Shown here: positions 1 to 7,055 of the stretch, in pieces
Layout of the letters: every line of letters begins with the position of its first letter
Numbering within the stretch: the first letter of the stretch is position 1
Source of the DNA: Octopus sinensis
Taxonomy: Eukaryota
Direction: 5' to 3'
Length of the DNA stretch: 10,110 bases
NCBI RefSeq assembly: GCF_006345805.1
Contig: NW_021827796.1
Span: 1-10,110 of the forward strand
Made by a program: the position numbers and the translations under genes
Notes under the pieces: generated by a model
Databases searched by the model: none
What the model was told of the DNA's origin: nothing
Seen by the model: the letters and a program-made list of their open reading frames with translations, nothing else

Positions 1-139
1 CTTTAGGGCCCGCGATTGTGGAGTCTGGTCTCGCTTATGGCTATGATTTCTAACTTATGTGACTTTATGTCATTTAAGAGGTACCCTTGTTTCCAAGGGA
101 CCCCAAGCCACGCGCATTTACACAACCAATCTTGATCAT
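1..139 (-). pseudogene. LINE ORF2 apurinic-like endonuclease (EEP) N-terminus, frameshifted, with in-frame TAA at 5-3
   Basis: IGCVNARGL and IIAISETRL motifs lie in two frames joined by an apparent 1-nt deletion (GGTAC for GGTTAC) near 83-80. Confidence 0.8.
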
Positions 140-584
140 AGTTCTAATGAATTAGAATACAAGGGTTACTTACTGCTCGAAGTTTTTGCTTTCTCCTCCG
201 TTGGTTGGTCCTCGAGAAGATCCCGTACAGTTTCTTTGTGAGATATTTTTGGCATTACCAACCGCACTGGGGAAAATCCTTTGAGTGTGTGGTTCAGACT
301 TTTGGAGATGTGTATTATTTTGATGTGGTCTGGTGGTGTTGTGTATGGGTGGTTGTTGTTTTTATGTCATCTTCTGTTATGTTTGTTTTTGATTGGATGT
401 ATTCCATCAAATTTGTGTTTTTGGTGTCTATGGCTGTGAGCATGTTTGCTGTATATGTTTTGTGGTGGTGTGGCTGTTGTTTGCGTTTGGTTTTGAAAAT
501 GTCTTCCGGGAGATGTATTTCCCCCTGCTTTGTTCGTGTTTGCATTTGGTTTGGTTGTGTTTCTGCTCTTTATTTTCCTTGGAT
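1..584 (-). mobile_element. Decayed non-LTR retrotransposon fragment (L1/Tx1-like): 3' end of putative ORF1 plus start of ORF2; runs off the left edge and ends at the (GATA)n tract
   Basis: Minus-strand translation from ATG at 139 gives MIKIGCVNARGLGSLGNKG-(frameshift near 83)-LLNDIKSHKLEIIAISETRLH, matching the N-terminal N-x-x-G-L ... (Q/S)ET motifs of APE-type LINE endonucleases. Upstream K/T/H/Q-rich frames end at TAA 168-166 (..DLLEDQPTEEKAKTSSSK*), 26 nt before that ATG. The ORF1 assignment is inference. Confidence 0.75.
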
Positions 585-585
585 G

Positions 586-627
<42 letters not shown>

Positions 628-632
628 GAGAC

Positions 633-714
<82 letters not shown>

Positions 715-812
715 ATGGTAGGCATACAGACAGACAAATAGACAGACAGACAGACAGACATACAGGCGGGCTGACAGACATATGGACAGACAAACAGACA
801 GATAGATAGATA
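586..812. repeat. (GATA)n microsatellite grading into (GACA)n
   Basis: Directly visible tetranucleotide repeat; source of the spurious IYLS-repeat ORFs. Confidence 0.98.
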
Positions 813-989
813 ATTCAATCATATGTTGACATTAACTAGGTAGCAATTTAAAACCAGTTTGGGAATCTTGTTTCAGTGCTAAAAAGATACCCAATAAAAT
901 AAGTTAGATCAGTCGATACCGTTTTAAATGTATGAATTCCTGGTCGTAAACACACATATTTTATGTTTTACTTTCTGAATTGATTCCAG

Positions 990-1101
990 AAATGACACAT
1001 GTCCTACTCAGAGTACAAATCTTTCGGAAAAGGATCCATTCTATAAATCCAGGATTAAAATGAAAACGAACACTACAAAAGATGATCAAACACGGAAACA
1101 G
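990..1101 (+). CDS. Internal coding exon (third intracellular loop) of a class A GPCR
   Basis: Pyrimidine-rich acceptor ...TTGATTCCAG|A (AG 988-989) and donor CAG|GTATCT (GT 1102-1103). Open frame xNDTCPTQSTNLSEKDPFYKSRIKMKTNTTKDDQTRKQ joins in phase 0 to VIKML at 2661, giving the typical basic ICL3/TM6 junction RKQVIKML. Confidence 0.8.
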
Positions 1102-1113
1102 GTATCTCGAAAG

Positions 1114-1131
1114 TTATTATTATTATTATTA

Positions 1132-1207
<76 letters not shown>

Positions 1208-1209
1208 TA
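1114..1209. repeat. (TTA)n microsatellite, about 32 units with two interruptions
   Basis: Directly visible; starts about 12 nt into the intron; source of the poly-Y/poly-I/poly-N ORFs. Confidence 0.98.
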
Positions 1210-1545
1210 TCTGTATATATATAAGGCAGGATGTGTGTGTGTGTGTGCGCGTCATTGTAGTTTATGCACATCCACAAATTAGCACGCATGTCGCTCAAAT
1301 TTTAGGAGGACATTCGTCACGATCCTAGCTGTATTTTCGTAAAATCATTTTCCCCCGAGGCACTTGCGAATAGCGGTAAATAATTTTTAGCCATAACTTC
1401 AATTTTCACGGCGGAGAAATTCACTGTAGTGACGCCATTATTATTTACAAAACATGAGTTAAGACCCCTTCTAGCGACGGTGTAAAGAGAGGGAGAGAGA
1501 GAGAGAGAGAGATAACAGATTTTAAAAATTTCTTAGTGAGTGATT
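1210..1545 (+). mobile_element. Possible non-autonomous Helitron-like element (5' part)
   Basis: Begins A|TCTGTATATATATAAGG followed by (TG)n, a layout typical of the 5' ends of invertebrate non-autonomous Helitrons. No convincing 3' hairpin plus CTAG|T end was found, so boundaries are uncertain. Confidence 0.3.
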
Positions 1546-1619
1546 GACAGACAAAAACAGACAGACAGCTGTTGTTATGTATGTATGTATGTGTGAATGG
1601 CTTCAGTCACACACATATA

Positions 1620-1822
1620 TGATGTAGAATTGAAAAGTTCCTGGCTTTTAGTAACAGAAAATACAGGAGAATCAGTTAATTATGATTTTATTCAACACGT
1701 TCCATTCTCAGATTCACACATTCATTGCTGCGGTCGTTGAAAGAACTCGGGAAGATGGGTCTTCAACCAGGTCGCTTGCAACACCCTTAAAGGTGCCAAC
1801 TTTTCAGCACCCCACCCACTCG
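1620..1822 (-). mobile_element. Tc1/mariner internal-deletion derivative (MITE-like)
   Basis: Imperfect terminal inverted repeats TGAAAAGTT (1631-1639) / AACTTTTCA (1798-1806), flanked by TA at 1618-1619 and 1823-1824. Minus-strand remnant DRSNECVNLRMERVE* (1735-1688) resembles the mariner transposase C-terminus (RW.KCV...G.YVE*). Confidence 0.7.
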
Positions 1823-1882
1823 TATGTGTGGTACATATGTACGTATAATCATATATATGTGTGTGCGTACATGTGTACAGGC

Positions 1883-1895
1883 ATATCTATCTATC

Positions 1896-1928
<33 letters not shown>

Positions 1929-1958
1929 TATATATCTATATATAATATATATATATAT
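1883..1958. repeat. (TCTA)/(TA)n microsatellite
   Basis: Directly visible. Confidence 0.95.
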
Positions 1959-1971
1959 CTGTGTGTATGTA

Positions 1972-2371
1972 TTTTTTTTACTTGTTTCAGTCATTTTGAC
2001 TGCGGCCATGTTGGAGCACCGCCTTTAATCGAGCAACTCGACCCCGGGACTTATTCTTTGTAAGCCCAGTACTTATTCTATCGGTTTCTTTTGCCGAACC
2101 GCTAAGTGACGGGGACATAAACGCACCAGCATCGGTTGTCAAGCAATGCTAGGGGGACAATCACAGACGCACAAACATACACGCACATACATATATATAC
2201 ATATATACGACGGGCTTCTTTCAGTTTCCGTCTACCAAATCCACTCACAAGGCTTTGGTCGGCTCGAGTCTATAGCAGAAGACACTTGCCCAAGGTGCCA
2301 AGCAGTGGGACTGAACCCGGAACCATGTGGTTGGTAAACAAGCTACTTACCACATAGCCACTGCTGTGCCT
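1972..2371 (-). mobile_element. tRNA-derived SINE, head type A, apparently full length
   Basis: Minus-strand Pol III A box TGGCTATGTGG (2360-2350) and B box GGTTCAGTCCC (2317-2307), then a CCTTGGGCAAG motif, internal (TA/CA) tract and A-rich 3' end at 1972-1980. A diverged second copy lies at 9553-9750. Confidence 0.85.
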
Positions 2372-2390
2372 ATGTATGTATGTATAATAT

Positions 2391-2580
2391 AAGGAAAGTT
2401 TACGAAAAAAACAAAAGACGAAGACAGGTGGTGTACAAAACGAACAGATGTATTAGTATAACGCTCAGGAATAGAAAAAGTCTTTTACGTTTCGAGCCTA
2501 CGCTCTTCTACAGAAAGGGACACAGAAAAAACAAGGAGAGAAAAAAATGTGTGTAGTGGCTAACGATCTATCATGGCGTC
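2391..2580 (-). mobile_element. Short Penelope-like (PLE) terminal-repeat fragment carrying a hammerhead motif (family H1)
   Basis: Contains a minimal hammerhead with palindromic stem III, the architecture described for PLE flanking repeats. Boundaries are estimated from the flanking TA-rich tracts; no PLE coding sequence was seen. Confidence 0.55.
2480..2521 (-). ncRNA. Minimal type I hammerhead ribozyme-like motif, core variant CUGUAGA (A6U)
   Basis: Minus strand: GU-CC-CUUU [CUGUAGA] A GAGC-GUAG-GCUC [GAA] ACGU A| AAAG-AC. Stem I CUUU/AAAG (plus GU/AC), stem II GAGC/GCUC, palindromic stem III ACGU, GUA cleavage triplet. Confidence 0.7.
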
Positions 2581-2660
2581 TAGTATGTATAATATAACTT
2601 CATCTATAAATATTATAATATATATGATACTAATATATGACTTCTTTCTATTCCTAACAG

Positions 2661-3053
2661 GTTATCAAAATGTTGGTATTGGTCATCGTCCTTTTTGTCA
2701 TTTGCTGGGCACCAATCTTGACCAATAACTTACTGGTCGCTTACGGTTATCTGCCCTTGTTGAACTTTGGTTACCTAAAACCAATGCGGGAAGCCTTTTT
2801 CTTGATGGCCTACTCAAACAGTTGTGTCAACCCCGTTGTTTACGGTTTCATGTCAAGGAACTTCAGAGAAGCCTTCCTCAATGCACTTTGCTCGTGCCTC
2901 AGAGGAAAAGAGTACGTCCGGCGGAAGCGGTTTGAACGACACAATTCCAGCGTCACGAGGTCAACGCAGATGGGTTACATCCGGGACATTGAAATGGAGG
3001 AGATGGAAATTTGCTCAAAATACGGCGCCACATACGTCCCAGAGAGTGTATAA
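2661..3053 (+). CDS. Terminal exon of a class A (rhodopsin-like) neuropeptide-type GPCR: TM6, ECL3, TM7, helix 8, C-tail (CCK/orexin/QRFP-receptor-like)
   Basis: Acceptor CTTCTTTCTATTCCTAACAG|GTT at 2660/2661. CWAP (CWxP) in TM6, NSCVNPVVY (NPxxY) in TM7, helix 8 FMSRNFREAF followed by LCSC (candidate palmitoylation cysteines), stop TAA 3051-3053. The ORF-track ATG at 2670 is internal. Confidence 0.95.
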   Translation, partial: VIKMLVLVIVLFVICWAPILTNNLLVAYGYLPLLNFGYLKPMREAFFLMAYSNSCVNPVVYGFMSRNFREAFLNALCSCLRGKEYVRRKRFERHNSSVTRSTQMGYIRDIEMEEMEICSKYGATYVPESV

Positions 3054-3175
3054 CGAGGAGAGGCGACCAACGAAAACTACAACTTTAACGAACTATATCT
3101 TAAGATACATGTGTGCGTGTATATGCGTGTGTATATATATATGTGTGTGCGTGTGTGTATGTGTATATATATAAA

Positions 3176-3406
3176 GGCGGTGAGCTGGCAGAAACGTTAG
3201 CGTGCCGGGCGAAATGCTTAGCGGTCTTTCGTCTGCCGTTACGTTTTGAGTTCAAATTCCGCCGAGGTCGACTTTACCTTTCATCCTTTCCGGGTCGATA
3301 AATAAAGTACCAGTTACACACTGAGGTCGATATAAGCGACTTAATCCCTTTGTCTGTCCATTTTGTCCCCTCTCTCTTTTGCCCCCTTGAGGCCAATAAA
3401 GAAATA
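3176..3406 (+). mobile_element. tRNA-derived SINE, head type B, single copy (tail 1)
   Basis: GGCGG start, A-box-like TGGCAGAAACG (3186-3196), B box GAGTTCAAATTCC (3248-3260), CCTTTCATCCTTTCCGGGTCGATAAA body, ending in AATAAAGAAATA. High similarity to the 5411-6372 units. Confidence 0.9.
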
Positions 3407-3783
3407 TATATATACATATATATATATAATTTTGGTATATGTTTCTAAGTTCCCACGTATCTGCATTTACCTAAGTATATATGTGTATGTGAGTGTATAT
3501 GTATACATATATATATATGGATATATGCATATGAATATATGTACGTATATATTATATGTAATATGCATGCATATAGTATATGGGTGTATGTGTGTATGTG
3601 CGTATGATGTGTGTGCTTGCACGGTGTCTGTGAATTGTGTTTGTCGCTTAAAAATACAAGCGATGAAGTGGGAGTGCCGACAGATTTAATCAAATTCTTT
3701 GAACGATAAAATATTCTCTCATTCACTTACTGAGTTCATCTTATTCTATTTGCATACCCAAATATAATTACACAAATATATTA

Positions 3784-3847
<64 letters not shown>

Positions 3848-3848
3848 A

Positions 3849-4048
3849 TCCATACATTACATATATATTTATATGTTTTGTATATAGTTGTATATATCTA
3901 TATATATATATCCATACATATATATATATTTATAGTTTGTATAGCTGTATATAATATATATATATATATAATATATATATATCTATATATATATATATAT
4001 ATATATATATCCTACATATACATATATATTTATGTTTGTATAGCTGTA

Positions 4049-4083
<35 letters not shown>

Positions 4084-4191
4084 ATACATATATATTTATA
4101 TGTTTGTATAGCTGTATATATATATATATATATATCTATATATATATATATAATCCATACATATACATATATATAATGTTTGTATAGCAGT
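3849..4191. repeat. Compound minisatellite: five copies of an approximately 36-40 bp core separated by variable (TA)n spacers, within a TA-rich tract (about 3795-4320)
   Basis: Core TCCATACATATATATTTATATGTTTGTATAGCTGTA starts at about 3849, 3911, 4010, 4081 and 4154. Confidence 0.85.
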
Positions 4192-4710
4192 ATATATATA
4201 TAATATATATATTATAATATATATATATATATATATATTCTATATATATCTATATATATATAATATATATATATATAGGTATGTATGTATGTATGTATGT
4301 ATTATGTATGTACGTACATACATTCTGTATGCGTGTCAATATAATTGTCTGAACGAAGTTAATAAATAAGTGGTGGTTATGATATATTATTCGCAAATGA
4401 ATTATGATAAATTTATGCAACTGAGATACCTGTCCACTTCAGTCTGTCATGTCCAATAATAAATTCTGAAACTGAAAAATATTAAAATTAACATCAACAT
4501 GTATATTTTTGTTCTTCCTTCTTTATATAAATATGTGTCTATCTGCTTCAATGTATATGCATATGTATGTGTCTGTATATATGTGTGCGTGTATGCATGG
4601 GTAAATGTTTTTGCGAGTATAAAACCACTTGAATGTAAAGATTTAAGTGTAAACGAGAAAGGGAAAATAATACTAGAAAAATAATACTGGAAGTACGGGG
4701 ATGTACTTGC

Positions 4711-4897
4711 ATAGCAAGTGACTTGATCTGAGATCGTGTGCTGAAACGAAAACAATTGCAGCGTGAAAGGTGTTTGTAAGCCATTTATGAAACACACAAA
4801 GGCCGTTCGATTCACTTCAGCATTTAAGTTTAATTTGTAAAAAATATTTTCGTCGCTTTAAGACCGCGACCTGTTCACTGACAAAAATCCGTGTTGC
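4711..4897 (-). mobile_element. Short PLE-like terminal-repeat fragment carrying a hammerhead motif (family H2)
   Basis: 4711-4851 (minus) aligns with 9824-9962 (plus), so it is a dispersed repeat; it contains the G3:C8 hammerhead fold. The PLE assignment is inferred from ribozyme architecture. Confidence 0.6.
4834..4885 (-). ncRNA. Minimal type I hammerhead ribozyme-like motif with compensatory G3:C8 core (GUGAACA)
   Basis: Minus strand: UUUGUCA [GUGAACA] G GUCGC-GGUCUUAAA-GCGAC [GAA] AAUAUU U| UUUACAAA. Perfect 5-bp stem II, palindromic stem III AAUAUU, stem I UUUGU/ACAAA plus an A-U pair. The paralog at 9834-9840 gives UGAUAAA, which completes a 7-bp stem I. Confidence 0.65.
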
Positions 4898-4917
4898 ATA
4901 CATATATATATATATAT

Positions 4918-5243
4918 GTGAGGGCGCGTGGCTTAGTGGTTAGGGCATTCGGCTCATGATCGTAAGGTTGTGAGTTCGATTCCCGGCGACGCGTTGTGTC
5001 CTTGAGCAAGACACTTTATTTCACGTTGCTCCAGTCCACTCAGCTGGCAAAAATGAGTTGTACTTGTATTTCAAAGGGTCAGCCTTGTCACTCTCTGTGT
5101 CACGCTGATTATCCCCGAGAACTACGTTAAGGGTACACGTGTCTGTGGAATGCTCAGCCATTTGCACGTTAATTTCAAGAGCAAGCTGTTCCGTTGATCG
5201 TATCAGCTGGGTCCCTCGTCGTCGTAACCGGCGGAGTCTTTTT
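4918..5243 (+). mobile_element. tRNA-derived SINE, head type C (tail 1)
   Basis: A box TGGCTTAGTGG (4929-4939), B box GAGTTCGATTCC (4972-4983), conserved-domain-like GTCCTTGAGCAAGACACTT...GTTGCTCCAGTC...AAATGAGT; head shared with 6678-6940. Confidence 0.88.
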
Positions 5244-5410
5244 ATATATATATGTATGGAAGTTCTGAAGGTAAACTACCTTTTGTGATATATTTGGAGT
5301 TTAAACAAAACGTATGACATTACTTTGAATATTATCTTAATTTTCTTGCATTTTACACTAGTTTACAAGCATGGGAACGGAAGAATGAAACCAATTTGTT
5401 ACTTTTACTT

Positions 5411-6372
5411 AACGGAGTTGGCAGAAATGTTAGCACGCCGGGCGAAATGCGTAGCCGTATTTTCGTCTGCCGGTACGTTCTGAGTTCAAATTCCGCCGAG
5501 GTCGACTTTGCCTTTCATCATCTCGGGGTCGATAAATTAAGTACCGGTTACGTACTTGGGTCGATGTAATCGACTTAATCCGTTTGTCTCTCGTTGTTTG
5601 TCCTCTCTGTGTTTAGCCCCTTGTGGGTAGTAAAGAAATAGGTATTTCGTCTGCCGCTACGTTCTGAGTTCAAATTCCGCCGAGGTCGACTTTGCCTTTC
5701 ATCCTCTCGGGGTCGATAAATTAAGTACCAGTTACGCACTGGGGTCAATATAATCGACTTAATCCTTTTGTCTGTCCTTGTTTGTCTCCTCTGTGCTTAA
5801 CCCCTTGTGGATAGTAAAGAAATAGGTATTTCGTCTGCTGCTATGTTCTAAGTTCAAATTCCGCCGAAGTTGACTTTGCCTTTCATCCTTTCGGGGTCGA
5901 TAAAGTACCAGTTACGCACTGGGGTCGATGTAATCGACTTAATTCCTTTGTCTGTCCTTGTTTGTCCCCTCTATGTTTATCCCCTTGTGGGTAGTAAAGA
6001 AATAGGTATTTCGTCTGCCGCTACGTTCTGAGTTCAAATTCCGCCGAGGTCGACTTTGCCTTTCATCGTCTCGGGGTCGATAAATAAAGTACCAGTTACG
6101 CACTGGGGTCGATATAATCGACTTAATCCGTTTGTCTGTCCTTGTTTGTCCTCTCTGTGTTTAGCCCCTTGTGGGAAATAAAGAAATAGGTATTTCGTCT
6201 GCCGCTACGTTCTGAGTTCAAATTCCGCCGAGGTCGACTTTGCCTTTCATCCTCTCGAGGTCGATAAATTAAGTACCAGTTACGCACTGGGGTCGATGTA
6301 ATCGATTTAATTCGTTTGTCTGTCCTTGTTTGTTCCCTCTGTGTTGATCTCCTTGTGGGCAATAAAGAAATA
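5411..6372 (+). repeat. Tandem array of type B SINE: one head-bearing unit plus four head-less units of about 180-185 bp
   Basis: Repeat units begin at 5456, 5641, 5825, 6005 and 6189 (G/CGTATTT(T)CGTCTGC) and end in TAAAGAAATA. Only the first is preceded by the A-box head (5411-5455). Confidence 0.95.
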
Positions 6373-6378
6373 AGACAT

Positions 6379-6567
6379 GTTAGAGCGTCGGAACATATGC
6401 CGCGAAACATTTCTATTGAAATTCTTATTTCAAAACTTATCAAGGTTAACTTCCCTTTTTATTTCTCCACTCTCGATAAGATAAAGTGTCAGTGATTTTA
6501 AGGGGTCGGTATAATCGGGCAACTCCTCTAAAAATTACCGGCCTTTATACCTAAATCAGAAAGCATT
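6379..6567 (+). mobile_element. Old, degraded type B SINE (tail 2), 5' end missing
   Basis: Weak colinear similarity to type B (GTTAGAGCGTCGG...TCGATAAGATAAAGTG...GGGGTCGGTATAATCG) and to the tail of the 7511-7733 copy (AAAATTACCGGCC). Confidence 0.5.
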
Positions 6568-6677
6568 ACCTCCGAAATATTTTCAATATTACCATACTGA
6601 ATCTACATTAGCAGTAACTCTAAAACAATTAATAAAGATATGAACGCCCCTATTTAAGGTTTCTCTACAACCAACCT

Positions 6678-6940
6678 GTGGAGGTGCGTGGCTTAGTGGT
6701 TAGGGTGTCAGCATGATGATCGTAAGATTGTGGTTTCAATTCCTGGACCGGGCGACGCGTTGTGTTCTTGAGCAAAACACTTCATTTCACGTTGCTCCAG
6801 TCAACTTAACTGGCGAAAATGAGTAGCGCGGCGATGGACTGGCGTCCCGTCCAGCTGGGGAACACATACGCCATAGAAACCCGGAAACCGGGTCCATGAG
6901 ACTGGCTAGGCTTTAAAAGGGCGCATTTATTTATTATTTT
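6678..6940 (+). mobile_element. tRNA-derived SINE, head type C (tail 2), with 12-bp target-site duplication
   Basis: Same head as 4918 up to AAAATGAGT, then a different tail ending in (TTA/TTTA)n. TSD TACAACCAACCT (6666-6677) / TACTACCAACCT (6941-6952), 11/12 identical. Confidence 0.88.
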
Positions 6941-7055
6941 TACTACCAACCTACGAATATACAATATAAAAAATGAGTATTGATATATTTCTGTTGGGCA
7001 GTTTAGTAGGAGTTTAACCTACTTGATGTCGTTTAAGTTTCTGAGAGAATGTACA

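Noticed and set aside
367-822. ORFs of 82-151 aa (367-822, 428-793, 570-818, 205-594)
   Set aside because: Translations of the (GATA)n/(GACA)n tract and the antisense strand of the LINE fragment; no independent coding signal.
1073-1298. Poly-Y, poly-I and poly-N ORFs
   Set aside because: Frames through (TTA)n; the real coding part is only the exon ending at 1101.
3042-3050. C-terminal ESV as a class I PDZ motif
   Set aside because: The residue at -2 is Glu, not Ser/Thr; at most a class III-type motif.
2824-3174. 116-aa ORF overlapping the GPCR exon in another frame
   Set aside because: Shadow frame of a GC-richer exon running into (TG/TA)n; no recognisable domain.
3630-3668. GTGAA...GTCGC(12 nt)GCGAT-GAAG, superficially like the G3:C8 hammerhead
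   Set aside because: Wrong spacing between core and stem II, GAAG instead of GAAA, no palindromic stem III or stem I partner; likely chance.
3849-4191. CRISPR-like repeat/spacer appearance
   Set aside because: Spacers are (TA)n rather than unique sequence, the context is eukaryotic and there are no cas genes.
4921-4990. tRNA gene (A and B boxes present)
   Set aside because: Acceptor and anticodon stems do not pair well and the sequence continues into a SINE body shared with 6678; it is a tRNA-derived SINE head.
5456-6372. Tandem array as CRISPR or tRNA gene cluster
   Set aside because: Units are contiguous ~184-bp SINE bodies without unique spacers and do not fold as complete tRNA cloverleaves.
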